From the NCBI RefSeq assembly GCF_018350175.1, contig NC_058368.1, positions 175,214,001 through 175,278,000 on the forward strand: a DNA stretch of 64,000 nucleotides. Reading direction: 5' to 3'. Source of the stretch: Felis catus (Eukaryota). This document shows positions 47,085 through 60,850 of the stretch, piece after piece. The notes below the pieces were generated by a model that was not told the DNA's origin, did no database searches, and was given only the letters and a program-made list of their open reading frames with translations. Position 1 is the stretch's first letter. Each line of letters starts with the position of its first letter. The position numbers were made by a program, and so were the translations under genes.

Positions 47085-47106
47085 CAACAACAACAACAAC
47101 AACAAA
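47085..47106. repeat. (CAA)7 microsatellite
   Basis: Direct reading. Confidence 0.85.
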
Positions 47107-47236
47107 GGTGGCCTTTGACGACCGATGGCCGTGTAACTAATATTTCAAGGCGGAGAGAACTATACAGCATTGCTATCCACAGAAAACGGTCTGTAATTTC
47201 TTCGATAATTAGTATAAATAATAATAATCATAATAA

Positions 47237-47680
47237 TGTATTGGTGTTGTGCCAAACGACCGCCAACTTTGTTGCTTAAAACAAGGGAAAGTCATCTCCT
47301 TAAAGTTCTGCATTCTTTCTGAAGGCCCTGGGGGGAGAATCTAGTTCCTTGTCTTTTGCAGCTTCTGGTAGCTGCCTGCATTCCTTGGCTCGCAGTCCCG
47401 TCCTCTGTCTTCGAAAGTAGCTGTGTGCTATCTTCTAAACTTCCTCCGCTTTCACCGTACCACCTGTTGTGGTCCTGACCCTCCTGACTCTCCTCTGTAA
47501 GGACCCTTGTGATTACATTTAGGCCTTGCCTGGGTAATCCAAGACAACCTCCCCATCTCATGAACCTTAAAAGAATCACATCAGCAAAGTCCCTTTTGCC
47601 GTGTAAATTTCTAGGGATTAGGACAAGGATGTATTTCGGGGGAGGGGCATCATTCAGCTGCCAAAAATAATCACACATAC
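47237..47680 (-). mobile_element. MaLR (MLT1-type) solo LTR
   Basis: gtaaggacccttgtgattacatt...aatcacatcagcaaagtcccttttgcc. Confidence 0.78.
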
Positions 47681-49116
47681 TACCACCCTCAATCAGGTGC
47701 TCCCCCTGATGAGAACACTGGGCTGGGGTTATGCTTCATCCACTCAGCAACCCTACAAGTAGAAGGATCAGAGAAGAGAGTCTCCTACTGTGTCACACTA
47801 CAAGGATTTAAACCTTGGGGTCCCTCCCTAAGTCCACCTGATTGTTTTCTCTTAACCAGGTTATCATCGTGGAGAATTTCCTAAGTACTGAGCATTAGAC
47901 CAGTCCCTGCATGATCTCATTTGCATTGCGTCCCTTCTTCACCCTGACACAGGTTTGAAGACACTATCCCCAGGTGGCAGGTGAGGAAACAGGTTCACAA
48001 AGGAGAAACGGGTCACAAAAATCAGAGAACGCAGACGCGACAGAACCTGAAGAGGCTGAAGCCCTCTGCTTCTTCCCTGGACACGGTAGGCTCCGTTGCC
48101 GCAGCTTACGACGGCCCCGGGTGGCCCCAGGCCCCAAGGTGAACGGCTGACCGTGAACTCAGGTACACCACCTTCATCTCAGCCAGTCTTCAGGTGCCAA
48201 AGCAGAGAGGCTTTCCATGGCTCACCACCAGCTTGTATTTATCAGCTGGAAATGGCTTTATATTCTACTTGCTAAATTGGATTTCTTTCGGAAGAGACTA
48301 GGGCGGCAGATAAAAGCAGATTTTATGACCATCCAATCAGAGAAAGCTGAATTTCATTTGAGCAGGTGAGACTAGATGTCTTTCAGCTTTCTCTTTTAAA
48401 ACCTGGGGGAAGCACCGAGATGTCGAGGCCAATTCATCAAGCTTTAGGAGGCTTTTTTATTAGTCACTTACAGCAAACATTTTCCCCTTTACAGATGGTT
48501 ACCTAATGCAACAAAAGTCTCCATCTAGGTTCCGTGCCAGGCTGAGATTTGGAAAGCCAGGGCAGGATGTGAATGACAGTATCTCATTCCCAACCAAGGA
48601 CGAGAACACTCACAAAGGCACCAGGGTAAGTCAAAGGAGAAAGAGACTTTCCACCAAATGGTGCTGAAGCAATGAGATGTCTGCGTGGGAAAAATGAATG
48701 TCAACACTCGGCTCGCGCTGTGTACAAAAATCAACTCAAAATTAATCACAGATTTCAACGTAAAGCCTACAAGCATATAACATCTAGAAGACAACTAGAG
48801 AAAATGTCTGTGACCTTGGTTTAGGCAAACATTTTTACAAGACGATAGAACCCAAAAAGCAAAAGTCGTAAGACAAAAAAAAAATTGATAAAATGGACTA
48901 TATTAAAAATAAAATCTTCTGTCCTTTAGAAAGCACTGTTAAGAAAATGAAAAGACAAGCCACAGACTGGGAGAGAGTATTTGTGAAACACTTACTTGAT
49001 CATTGACCTGTGTCCAGACCATATAAAGAACTCTTACAACTCGATGATTGGAAGATACACCCTATTCAAAAATGGGCCAAAAAGCTGCATAGACAATTAC
49101 TCAAAGTAAAGATAAG

Positions 49117-49338
49117 GGGGCGCCTGGGTGGCACATTCGGTTAAGCGTCCGACTTCAGCCAGGTCACGATCTCGCGGTCCGTGGGTTCGAGCCCCGCGTC
49201 GGGCTCTGGGCTGACGGCTCAGAGCCTGGAGCCTGTTTCCGATTCTGTGTCTCCCTCTCTCTCTGCCCCTCCCCCGTTCATGCTCTGTCTCTCTCTGTCC
49301 CAAAAATAAATAAACGTTGAAAAAAAAATTTTTTTAAA
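49117..49338 (+). mobile_element. CAN-SINE (young SINEC_Fc)
   Basis: Full length; TSD ~aaagata. Confidence 0.95.
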
Positions 49339-49475
49339 AGATAGGGATGGCAAATAAGCACATAAAAACTGCTCACCCTCGTTAGCCATTAACTAAACTC
49401 ATGTGAAAACCACAAGGATAAAGCTCTCCACGCCAATGAGGATGGCAAAAGCAAACAACCAAAAACCATCAACGC

Positions 49476-49829
49476 TGCTATGGTCTAAATGTTTGTATCC
49501 CCTGCAAAATTCATATACTGAAATCCTGAGCCCCAAAGGTAATGGTATTAGTGGGTGGGATCTGTGGGATGTGATTAGGTCATAAAGGTGAAGCCCTCAT
49601 GAATGGGATTAGTGCTCTTATAAAAGAGATCCTGCAAAGCTCCCTCACACCTTCCACCCCATGAGGACACAATGAGAAACCTGCGGCTCCACGGAGGGCC
49701 CTCACCTGACCTTGCTGGTACGCTGAGTTCGGGCGTCCAAGCTCCAGAACTGTGAGCGATGAGTTTCTGTTGTTTGGGAGCTGCCCAGTCAGGGGTACTT
49801 GCTTGTGGCAACCCAAACAGACTAAGACA
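49476..49829 (+). mobile_element. MaLR (MLT1A/MST-like) solo LTR
   Basis: tgctatggtctaaatgtttg...ctcatgaatgggattagtgctcttataaaagaga...cagactaagaca. Confidence 0.85.
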
Positions 49830-51532
49830 AATACCTTGTAGGCACACAGAGCAATTGGAACTGGAATACGTTGCTGGCAGGAATGCAAAATTGTACATCC
49901 GGCCGCTTTGGAAGAACAATCTGCCATTTTTTATACAGCCGCGCGCCAATTGTATGGATGACCCAACAATTTTACTCTAGATGTTTACCCAAGGAAAATG
50001 CTATGTCCACAAAAGACCTGTATACAAATGTTCACAGCAGTTCTGTTCCTATTCGTCAAAAACTAGAAGCAACCGAAATATCCTTCAACTGATGAATGAA
50101 TAATCTATCGATACAATGAAATGCTATTAAGCTATGAAAGGGGGTCAGCTACTGATATATGCATCAGCATGAATGCTTCTCAAAAAGCATTATGCTAATT
50201 GAAAGAAGCCAGACTCAAGAGGCTACGTAAGGTATGATTTTATTTATACATTCCTTGGAGAAAAACCAAAACCACAGGGACAGAAATCAGTTGAGTGGGC
50301 TGGAGTGGGAGCAGGGGAGGAGGGGAGAGGGCACTGAACACAAAGGGATACTAAGGAACTTTCTGGGGTGATGGAAATGTTCTATACCGGGGACTGGGGT
50401 GGCAGTTACGCGATTCTAAATGCACTTTGTCGCCATGCATTGAATGGCACTCCTGATAAAGAGAAGTTTTACTCTTTGTAACTTATATCTCAATAAATGT
50501 GACTTTGAATACAAAGAGTGCAAGAATTCAAGTCCTACCCTTCCCCCCAATAACAACATACAAAAATGTTCATGGAGATGGAAATAACAATATTGGCCCC
50601 ATTACTCCACTTGTAGAAACTTAGGTCGCAGCCCCTGCATTTAGTGGCGCGCATCATAGCCGCGTTGTCTCCGGAGCACAAAGCCCCTGCGATTGGATAA
50701 TTGTTCCCTTCTCTTCTGTTTCTATCATGAAAAAATGAAAAGGACTTCCATCTTCCGAAACATCCTCTTTTCTGGAAAAAGAGAACATTTCATTTCTTTA
50801 TACCCTGTTTCAATCCACAAAGGAATAGAGAGGCAGCTTACACGAATGCACTCAATAAAGCAGCGGTTTTATATAAATAAAAAAAAACGAGGGCCAAAGA
50901 AAAGAGGCATCACATGAGAAAGCTGGGGTGTCGATGTGCGGATCGTGACTTTCTACACACTTCCTTGTGCAGCCATGCGTTTCCTGACGGCCACAGGAGA
51001 TGGGAGGGGGGAGGGGAAATGCGTGAGCCAAATAATTTACGGAGCACGTGACCAGAGCCCTCTAGCTCCAGAGTGGGAGACAATGACATCAGGGCAAGAC
51101 CAATCACCAGGGGTATCCCAGGAGCTTCCTCCGTTTCTAACTGACTTCGGTCAGGGAAAGAGGTAACTCAGCCGGTTAACTCCCCTGGAACAAGTATAGT
51201 TGCAGATAGAAATTTCTCCAGCTCTGGGGCCTGCCCGCTGGGTCACCATGTGGCCGCTCAGGTGGGCCTCCTTCCCTCTGGCCAGATTGGTCCCAGAAGA
51301 AAAGCTGTGTGGACTCCCGAAAGGACCCTGGACAAGAAGCAGACCGGGTCCTGGGTCCAGCCCTTGTCTGGACACTGACCGGTTGCCATTGGGTTTGTGC
51401 AGGATTTGTGTTTCAGAGTCTTCGTCGGTAAAATGGGCATCCGTAATTTAGGAGCCCCACGCGACTGTTGTGAGAATTTGTTAACAGCTGTGAGATAACA
51501 TCTCATAAACTAGGTGACAAGAGACTCCCATC

Positions 51533-51942
51533 ATGGGTTGAATTGTGTCCCCTTAAACAATGTTGAAGCCTTAACCTGCAGTGCCTGGGACCTCATTTGG
51601 TGATAGGGTCTTGGCGATGAAGAAGGTGAGGTGAGGTCATTAGGGTGGGCACGAATCCAATATGGTAGATGTCCTTATAAAAAGGAGAAGTGTGGACACC
51701 CACGGAGGCAGATGGAGTGAGGGTGCAGGAGGCTGTCACCTGCAAGCCGAGGGTGCCTGAAGCCACCAGAAGCCAGGAGAGGGAACAGACCAGGTTCTCC
51801 CACCCAGCCCTCAGAGGGAGCCAACCCTGCTAACGCCTTGATCTTGGACTTCTAACCCCCAGAACCGCAAGACAGGAAATCTCTGTCATTGAAGCCACTC
51901 GGTTTGTGGCACTTCATTACGGCAACCTGAGGAAGTTACTAT
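51533..51942 (+). mobile_element. MaLR (MLT1B-like) solo LTR
   Basis: gggttgaattgtgtcccc...gtccttataaaaaggagaa...ccttgatcttggacttct. Confidence 0.8.
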
Positions 51943-52043
51943 AGTCCCAAATGCTGTTTCAACGCCAGCCCGTGAGAAACTTGTCAGCGGTTTGAAGTAA
52001 ACTGGGAAAAGAAACAATAGGGTAGAAAAGTCTTAATAATTCT

Positions 52044-52272
52044 TTTTTTTTTTTTTTAATTTTTTTTTTCAATGTTTATTTATTTTTGGGACAGAGAGAG
52101 ACAGAGCATGAACGGGGGAGGGGCAGAGAGAGAGGGAGACACAGAATCAGAAACAGGCTCCAGGCTCTGAGCCATCAGCCCAGAGCCCGACGCGGGGCTC
52201 GAACTCACGGACCGCGAGATTGTGACCTGGCTGAAGTCGGACGCTTAACCGACTGCGCCACCCAGGCGCCCC
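52044..52272 (-). mobile_element. CAN-SINE (young SINEC_Fc)
   Basis: Perfect 19-bp TSD gaaaagtcttaataattct. Confidence 0.97.
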
Positions 52273-53351
52273 GAAAAGTCTTAATAATTCTAAACTTACT
52301 CCATGTTTTATCATCCTAGTTTACCCTTTTATCATACTATATGATGGGTTTATTGTTATGTCATCACTTGGCAAAATCAACGTTTTATTGATTTTTTTTT
52401 TTTATTCCAAGAAATCTACAGGTGTAGAAAGCCCTGGAATAAATCCCCATTGAGGAGTCTCTTAAACTTCCCTTTCAGTGATCCCAGTGAGAGGGTAGGA
52501 CACTGTCAAATGCAGCAAGGACACACGCCCACTTAGATATGACCTCTGGACAGCAAGCACCTCAAAGGACTTTTCTGTCACAACGTTTAGCACAGATCGT
52601 AGAACATAGAGGTGCTCTGTGATTCCGACTGATGGTTCGGTAAGTTGGTCAGACGGAAGATGGCTTCTGAACTAAAGGGAAATATGGAACTATGAGAAAG
52701 CACCAGGAACCCCAGGGAGGACAGACACCAGCTGGGGATGCTGACTCCCCCTGCCAGGTCAGAGAGGGACCTTGATCATCAGTCATGGGCATCTTTTCTA
52801 GGCCCTTCTCAACATGGCATTCCAAGCAGCCACTATCAAGGAAACTTGGCACATGAGCTGAGTCCAATCTCTTATCTAAATACCCAGGTAACAAACACCC
52901 TCGGAGGCTCCACGAACCTGGGAAGTACACTGAGGTCTCAGTACTTACTCCCCCAAATGGAACTTCTGGCTCCCACTCACAAGCTAGACTGCTAAAAAGA
53001 AGCCCCTTCCATGCTTTACTCTGACTCATGGTGACATAGGGCATGTTGCCTTGGGTATATAGAAGAGCGTGTGTCCCTTTGGCCACTTTCCCCAATGACC
53101 TTATAGCGTCCCTTTCTCTTCGGGTACTGGGACCAGAGCTCATATATCTCCTGTGTCTTATATACTCTATGTAATATATACTCTGGCAGGTGGGTATCTC
53201 CACAGGGCATCTGCCGAACAATCACGCACCAGCCATGTCCCAATCACCTCTTGCTAGTATCCTGAAGATGGAACCCCTGAAAAAACTCTGAGGCAGCGTG
53301 ACTTTCCCACCCACACCTCCCTCCACCAGCTCTCATTCTGATTAAATCCGG

Positions 53352-54067
53352 TGTGTTAGTTTCCTCTGGCTGCTATAAAAAATTACGATCAACTTGGTAG
53401 AAATTTAATCCCTCGCCGTTCCGCGGGCCAGAAGTCCAAAATCAGGTTCACTGAGACAAAATTAAAACGTCAACAGTGGGGCGCCTGGGTGGCGCAGTCG
53501 GTTAAGCGTCCGACTTCAGCCAGGTCACCATCTCGCGGTCTGTGAGTTCGAGCCCCGCGTCGGGCTCTGGGCTGATGGCTCAGAGCCTGGAGCCTGTTTC
53601 CGATTCTGTGTCTCCCTCTCTCTCTGCCCCTCCCCCGTTCATGCTCTGTCTCTCTGTCCCAAAAATAAATAAACGTTGAAAAAAAAATTAAAAAAAAAAA
53701 AAAAACGTCAACAGGTCTGCGTTCCCTCCGGAGGCTCCTCGGGAGAATCCGGGTTTTGCTTCTTCCAGCTACTGAAGGCTGCTGCCCTCCTTGGCTTGCG
53801 GCTGCTTGTTCCAGGGACAAGTATCTTCAGACCTCTTTCTGCTTCGTGGCCACATCATATTCTCCTCTTCTGCCTCAAATCTCCCTCTGCTGCTCTCTTA
53901 TGAGCATATGTTTGATTGTATTTAGGGCCCATTTGGATAATCCAGGATAATCTTCCCAGCTCAAGATCCTTAAGCGTATCGCATCTTTTGCCTAGAACGT
54001 GATATTTACAGGTTTTCGGGAGTCAAGTCTCGGATATCTTTGGGGGACCATTTTTCAGTGTACCATA
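53352..54067 (-). mobile_element. MaLR (MLT1C/D-like) solo LTR interrupted by a SINE
   Basis: tgtgttagtttcctctggctgct...tagggcccatttggataatccaggataatc. Confidence 0.82.
53478..53701 (+). mobile_element. CAN-SINE (young SINEC_Fc)
   Basis: TSD aaaacgtcaacag. Confidence 0.96.
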
Positions 54068-56441
54068 CCTAGGTTTTTTTTTTTTTTTTAACTCTGTACC
54101 CCACCCTGGCCATGTCCGTTATGGTTAATGCAGGTGACGTATCAGAATCTGTGAGCTGTAAAGGGATCCATCATGCTCAAGGTCGGGGTAGGGATGAGTG
54201 GTCATTGATGAAGCTGGCCATTGAAAAGAACAAAATCAAGGAGATATTGGGCTTGCCTGGCAGATAGAATAAGACCAAAGATTTTCTCAAACCTCAGGAT
54301 TCATGGTCCAGAGAGAAAGAAATTCAATTCTCTACCTTCTTCATATGTGCCTATGCAAAAGCCTATGGTAATTGCCAGAATTATAGAAAAAGCATTGCCC
54401 ACAACCCTATGGCAACCCCCTTCTGTTTTCCACGAAATGCCTTTACTCAGAGCAGGTAAAATTGGTTATCTACCCAATGTTTATTTCCTCTCTTCTCTCC
54501 TTCTCAACAGGGTCCAGACTTGCTTTAGGGACTTTCCCCCCCAAGGTCTTGGGCTTTAGGAAGGCAACCTCTGCCCTTTAAGCTGCAGAGATAAGTCTAG
54601 GTTAATCGAAATGGGTCCCCTTGCCACACCATTGAATGTGAATGATTGTCCCGATCATATGGCAGATTACTGGTCCATGGGGACAGGAAGCAGTGTCTCC
54701 TATGGAATTTTGCTCTTCTGAAGAGACCCAAATAAGGTATGGCTTCTTTTCTTGTCTGAGCCTGGTTGTGTCTTGTCGTGCCTGGATGCGTTTTACCATT
54801 TAGTGTGTATTTGAAGAGCCAAGGGAAGAACAAATTTCATTTACCGAAACTGGCAGAGTGGAGGGCAGAAACATATTGGTCTTCCATTAGGTAACGGAGC
54901 TACTGCCATAGCCAACCTGGAGAGCTCTGTCTTACTTCCAGAGTTCTCACGATGTGAGATAATAAATGTCCTTAACATTTAAGACAATTTGAATGGGAGC
55001 CACAAGTATCCTAAGTCACCTCCTGTCCAAGAACTGATAATGCTTAGCCAAACCCACCTTTCCTTACAGCAATAGAAACAGAGGAATGAATGGTCAATGT
55101 TATCCATAGAAGCTTGTGTTAGATTTTGGATCAGGGTCCATTTTTACGTAACACATTCGACGATTTGAATCCACTGAAACTCCTCTTAGAAAGCGATCGT
55201 TGTCTTAGTGGGAATAATAGTTTGATAAGCGTTCGAGGTCAGCACAGAGAATGTGAAGCATCTGAGCTTGAGCGGAACAGAGAAGAGGGTGCTGTTTGTT
55301 GCTTAGGAGGGTATGAGGCGGTAGAATAAGAGAGGAAAAGCGAGAAAGGGAGCGAGAAGACGGCTGAAAACTAGGAAGGAACTGCACGGTGTGACACCTT
55401 CGGCTGGACGGTCCCCACGTCGCCCTACTCCGGTACAGTGTGCAAAAGCCACAAGAGGCTAATGAAAGCGGACCCCTTGTAGGAACCAGTGGCAGTGATG
55501 ACTGTGGTCTCTAGGGAATATAGGGTGACAGCTCGCGAGAAAGCACGCGTACGAAGACAGACGGAATCACAAGTGGTTCCCCGCCAATTTCCCCCAAGTC
55601 GCGAAGAGACACTTGGTTCTCCCTAGACTTTCGTGTTGCTGCCTCAGCACTAGGGAGCCCCAGGTTATATCTGGGTCACATGACGAGTCACCTTACCATT
55701 CCTAACACCTGTGCCTGTACCACAAATCACCCTGGGCTCTGTGGCCCAACCGCTCCCAAACTTTGGACCCCCAGTGCCTCGGTGATCTCAGCGTGGAGCA
55801 CCTCCCCTTTATGTCAGCCCGCCCCACTCTGTGACCAATGCAAGCCGTGCTCACCAGCCCCTTTTGGCAAAGCACAGCCTTCCGCCGAACCTTTGCTCTT
55901 TCCACCGCGCTTGTAGCTTTTTCTTTTTTGCTTCCGTGGCACGGTAGGTCCTGGACTTCTCAGCGTGTTAGGGGTTTGAGCATAGCCTTTCCGAAGGAAG
56001 TGCTCTCCCAGCAGAATTCCCCAGCATGGGCGTTCAGACGTACCATTTGCATAACTAAGCAGTCATTTGTACAGATGAAATGAGCAATTGCATATGTGCA
56101 GATAGGTCCTAATAGGTACCGTATGCTTCAATTACCCATTTTCCCAGCCCCCTGGACTGATTGGTTATTAATGCAACAGATGGAGCAATTTAGCACTAGC
56201 AAACTCCCCAAATGCCACCCTTCCCTCTTCCCAGACCCACAAGCTTCTCCTGGCATCCTCCACTTCTTTGTCACTGTAGAATGAATGCCACTGAGCAGTA
56301 TCCAACACACGCCCTTAGTTCCGCTGACAGTTAAACTGCCTTTTTTTTTAATGAGAGTGCCACTCGGGAAACCCAACAGGCCTTCGCTGTCAAGGAGACT
56401 CTTGACTGATGAAAGCTGGGGCTGTAAACCGCATCTTGCGT

Positions 56442-56660
56442 GGGGCGCCTGGGTGGCTCAGTCGGTTAAGCGTCCGACTCTTGGCTCTGGCTCAAGTCAC
56501 GATCTCTCAGTTTGTGAGTTGGAGCCCTGTATTGGGCTCTGCATTGACAGCAAGGAGCCTGCTTGGGATTCTCTCTCTCTCCATCTCCCTGCCCCTACCC
56601 TGCTCTCTCTCTCTCTCCCTCTCTCTCAAAACAAATGAATAAACTTAAATAAATAAATTA
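56442..56660 (+). mobile_element. CAN-SINE, older
   Basis: Full length; ctcttggctctggctcaagtc variant; (TAAA)n tail. Confidence 0.93.
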
Positions 56661-57199
56661 CATCCCGTGTAAAAGCTGGCCTGTTTGGAGTTCTGTCAGC
56701 TAAAAGTCTTTGACGTGTCTCAAGTTCAGGGATAGGGAGAATTGAGGTTTGCTAAGATAACCCAGAGCTCTGACGAGATCCTGGGTTCCTCGTTTGCCAT
56801 CACGGACACACTGATGACATCCATTACACTCCCTTCAGTCCATCAAAGACTCAGAAACCTTCAGGGGTGGAGGCAAAGGGGGAAATCGTATCAGCCAGGA
56901 GTTGGCAAGCTGATTTCCTTGAAAGCCTGAGGGTCCACAGAGATACCTGTGAGCGGGAGAAGTCTGAGCAGGAGGGACCCTGCTCTTCACAGCCCTACCT
57001 TTAACCAGACCTGCTCTGTTTTCCCTTTGAGGGCTTTACCATTTTTTTGCGCGTATTCATACGAGTAGAAGATTCCGCAGTCAAAGTCCGTTGAAAAACC
57101 AAACAGGTTATTGGTTCCGGATCTGGCCTTCTAAAATCTTTTCAGTTCTTGATGTGATGGGGGTAGACGAGATGGTAAGACAGAAGCTATTTTTAAGTA

Positions 57200-58245
57200 T
57201 TTTACAAAGCTTAATGACGCTTCTCCATTTACCGAATGCTCCCCGAAATGTCAAGCAGTGATCTCATCCACCCCCATCTCCATCCACCACCTTCACAGCT
57301 GTGACTCACAGGCTTCTGCCTCCTGCACAGACCCCTTTTCCAGAATCCAGGTCTGCATCAAAGCTTGTCCAAACTGCATCTCATTCTGTCGCTCTCAAGG
57401 CATTCCCACTTGGCTCGTCCCAACCCGAAGGCATAACCTCCTCCCTGTGACTCCCTGCTCCACAAACGGATTCCTTTCCTGGCATTCTTCTCTCAGCACA
57501 AGGCAATTTCCTCTGCTGAGCCCCAAACAATGGAACCCTACAAACCTCCCCTTCTGTGTGTATCTAGACCGTCACCAGGACCTGGTGACTCTCCCTTCCT
57601 AACATCTTCACGAAACACCTACGCCCTCCATCCCTTTGGACTGCATCCTACTCCAAAACTCCCTCAAAGAGGCAACTGTAAGTTTCTTACCTGGTCTCTG
57701 CTTCCATTCTCTTTCATCGGCTCCAAACTCCTCCCACAATGCACATTGAAACTTTTAGCAGGATGAATCCGACCATGTCACTCCTCCTCTTAAATCACGG
57801 CTATGGTTTCATATCTTATGATGAACAACACAATCCTTAACAGGGCCAAGGCCTTACAAGGCCTGGCTCCCACCTCATCTATCACTGTATGGCCCTTTGC
57901 TCCTGTGTTCTAGGTGCTCTGATTTTTTTTTTTTTTTTTTACATCAATTCCCTGTCCACATCCGGCTCCCTTCCACCACAGGGCCTTTGTCCATGCTGTT
58001 CCCTCTGCCTGAAATAGTTTTTCCCCCCTTCTTTCTGTAATCAGCTCCTACTCATCCTTCAGAGCCCAGCTCAAGCTCTATTACCCTTAGCACTCGTTCT
58101 CTGGTTTCTCGTCCCTCTTGATTTCTATGTCCCTCCTGGGCAGCACTTGTGACAATACAGTTTGTGGATCATTTGGCGATTATCTAACTCTGTTCTAGAT
58201 GCAAAGATCCAGGGGAGCAGGGGCCACGTCTGCTTTTGGTCATCC
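57200..58245 (+). mobile_element. L2 fragment(s)
   Basis: gaccatgtcactcctcctcttaaa...cacagggcctttgtccatgctgttccctctgcctgaaa. Confidence 0.7.
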
Positions 58246-58474
58246 TAGTAACTTCAGCTTCCAGCAGAAAGCCAACCCAGAGTGGAAGAAAGGCAAGAAA
58301 GGAGGAAGCTGTTTTTGCCCCAGGCTAGAAACAGCCTGCGGTCTGTGGTGTCACGTTGTTTATTTTATGCTAATGAAAGCTCCAAAAGCATCTCTGCTTA
58401 AAAATGAATAAATGAGGGAGTGATTACTCTTGCTGAGTAGTTTTCTTTGGCAGGGCAGAACCTTTAAAAAAAAA

Positions 58475-58685
58475 ATTTTTTTTTAACGTTTTATTTATTT
58501 TTGAGACAGAGAGAGACAGAGCATGAACGGGGGAGGGGCAGCGAGAGGGAGACACAGAATCTGAAACAGGCTCCAGGCTCTGAGCGGTCAGCACAGAGCC
58601 CGACGCGGGGCTCGAACTCACAGACCGCGAGATCATGACCTGAACCGAAGTCGGCCGCCTAACCGACTGAGCCACCCAGGCGCCG
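58475..58685 (-). mobile_element. CAN-SINE
   Basis: TSD cagggcagaa(c/t)cttt. Confidence 0.95.
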
Positions 58686-58789
58686 CAGGGCAGAATCTTT
58701 TAAAATGGTTGGGGGGGAAAAATAGAAGGGATGCTTGGTGAAGAAATCAGAAACACTTCTGCCACCTAATCCTTTTATTTCTCTACATT

Positions 58790-59000
58790 AACCAAACATT
58801 TATTGCTCGTTTAGGCTTTTACCTACATTATCTCACGTAATCCTCTGAGCACCTTCACGGGTAGCTGTATTTTCCTTTGCGTCTTTGATAAAAGAGGAAA
58901 CCGAAGCCCAGAGAAAGTAAGTAATGTGCTCAAAGGCACCCAGCGAGAAGGTGACAAAGCCAGGACTCGAACCCATGTCTGTGTCTCCTGAACGCCTTTC
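58790..59000 (-). mobile_element. MIR
   Basis: gaggaaaccgaagcccagagaaagtaagtaatgtgctcaaagg...ggactcgaaccca. Confidence 0.7.
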
Positions 59001-59804
59001 TCCCTTTCACACTGGCAGCACCCGCCCCCCAACACCCTACGGTTGAAGAAACTGAGGACAGAAGCTACTTGCCCCGAGTCATGGAGCGAGTGAATGACAG
59101 AAAAGGGCAGGACAGAACCCTAACGCCCATACTACTCTGTTCTTTCCATAATCATGCATGTTTTACCATAGTCAAGTCTCACAAAAGTATGGAAACCATC
59201 AGCAATGTAGCAGAGATGTACGCCAGACTGAGGACATCTAGTTAAAAATAGGTCCCCTAGAAAAACAGAGCCTGAGAGAAAGCTGCATGCTAATATCCCA
59301 TGAGGGACCAAAGGGCGACAACGTCAGAGAAGCACAATGTGAGTGCAAGAGAGTGAGGTAGGGAAAGACAGAAAGCCAATACAAGCTGCTTAAGTACGTT
59401 CATTACCATTTCTTGATCACTTGGAACATCCCGGAAGGCTGTACGGACCCATCTGGGTCTCAGAAGTTTCTGTCAGCTTTGGGAGGGTGACCTAATTCAA
59501 CTGCCGATCTCCAACCCCAACTGGGCTCGAACTCTCCACTTTTCAATGGTGTCACCTGGCCTCGGCAGCCCCTGTGAGGCTGGGCTGCTGGCCCTGGGGT
59601 GCTCCCAGCTGCGATGGGCGCCGTGGAGGGCAGGATGGGAGAACAGTGACACCATGGCCAGCTTAGATGCTGAGTCGCCTGGCATTGCAGCCGGGCTTTA
59701 CAAATATGGAAACAGTGCTAAGTGTCGTTGAGGCAACAGCAGCGGAGACCCAAGCCAAGTGACCCAGCCTGGAGGCAGGTGGGGCCTTGGTTGGGAATGC
59801 TTCC

Positions 59805-60278
59805 TGGGAGGGTTGATTTTATGTGTCCACTTGACGAGGCCAAAGGATGCCCAGATAGCTGGAAAGACATTATTCCTGGGTGTCTGTAAGGCTGTTTCAG
59901 GACGAGGTTGGCCCTGAGTTGGTAGCCTGAGTAAAGAGTGAGCACTCCCTCACTGACGTGCGTGGGAGTCATCCCGTTCGTCCAGGGTCCGACTAGAACG
60001 TAAGGTGGAGGGAGGGCAAATTTGCTCTCTTCCTGAGCTGGGGCATCCGTCCGTCTCCTCCAGCCTTCAGACATCAGTGCTCCGGGCTCGCAGATCTTCA
60101 GACTCAGACTGGAACGTTCCATCACTGGCTTCCCTGGACCTCCAGCATGCAGCTGGCAGATGATAGAACTTCTCAGCCTCCATAACTGCATGAGTCAGCC
60201 CCTCATAGAAAAATCTCTTTCTGTCTATCTACATCTACCCTGTTGGTTCTGTTTCTCTGGAGAACCCTGACTGACACA
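59805..60278 (+). mobile_element. ERVL MLT2-type solo LTR
   Basis: ttttatgtgtccacttgac...ggatgcccagatagctgg; 3' ttggttctgtttctctggagaaccctgactgacaca. Confidence 0.85.
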
Positions 60279-60614
60279 CCTCATATGATATAATTATTCA
60301 CTTCTCAGTTCTGATATAATGGCAGGCATGGGAAAGAGCACAGACATCTTGGTGAGGTTTCGAATCCTGGCTCCTACCTGATCGGATGTCTGAGACTCCT
60401 CCTTTATCTGCAGAGTGGGGACAATTGTTGTATCCGTGGCACCAGATGGTGGGAAGACCGTTTTTCAAGTTTTTGGGGGGAGCAGTAGGCAGACAAGAAT
60501 GCACGGGCAGTTCTAGAAGGTGGGGGGAGCAGTTTAAAGTAGCTACTACATATATGAAATATCCTTGAAATCAGGGTCATCATTAAAAATGAAGATAAAG
60601 GGCAGGGTGGGGCG

Positions 60615-60830
60615 GTGGTGCCTGGGTGGCTCAGTCAGTTGGACGTCCGACTTCGGCTCAGGTCATGATCTCGCAGTTGGTGAGTTCGAGTCCCGCATCG
60701 GTCTCTGTGTTGACGGCTCGGAGCCTGGAGCCTGCTTCGGAATCTGTGACTCCCTCTCTCTCTGTTCTTCCCCCACTCATGCTCTGTCGCCATCTCTCAA
60801 AAAATAAACGTTTAAAAAAATTTTTTTAAT
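60615..60830 (+). mobile_element. CAN-SINE
   Basis: Diverged head ggtggtgcctgggtggctcagtc; full body and tail. Confidence 0.93.
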
Positions 60831-60850
60831 TAAAGAGAAATGAACATAAA

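Larger units (their letters stand above)
48620..50510 (+). mobile_element. L1 ORF2 3' part and 3' UTR (old), with nested SINE and LTR
   Basis: aaaatcaactcaaaat...aagaaaatgaaaagacaagccacagactgggag...tatctcaataaa terminus. Confidence 0.85.

Noticed and set aside
52649..53221. 190-aa minus-strand ORF
   Set aside because: Non-ATG start, no recognisable domain and no convincing splice context; compatible with chance. BLASTp or PhyloCSF would settle it.
59718..60191. 157-aa minus-strand ORF
   Set aside because: It is the antisense reading of the MLT2 LTR.
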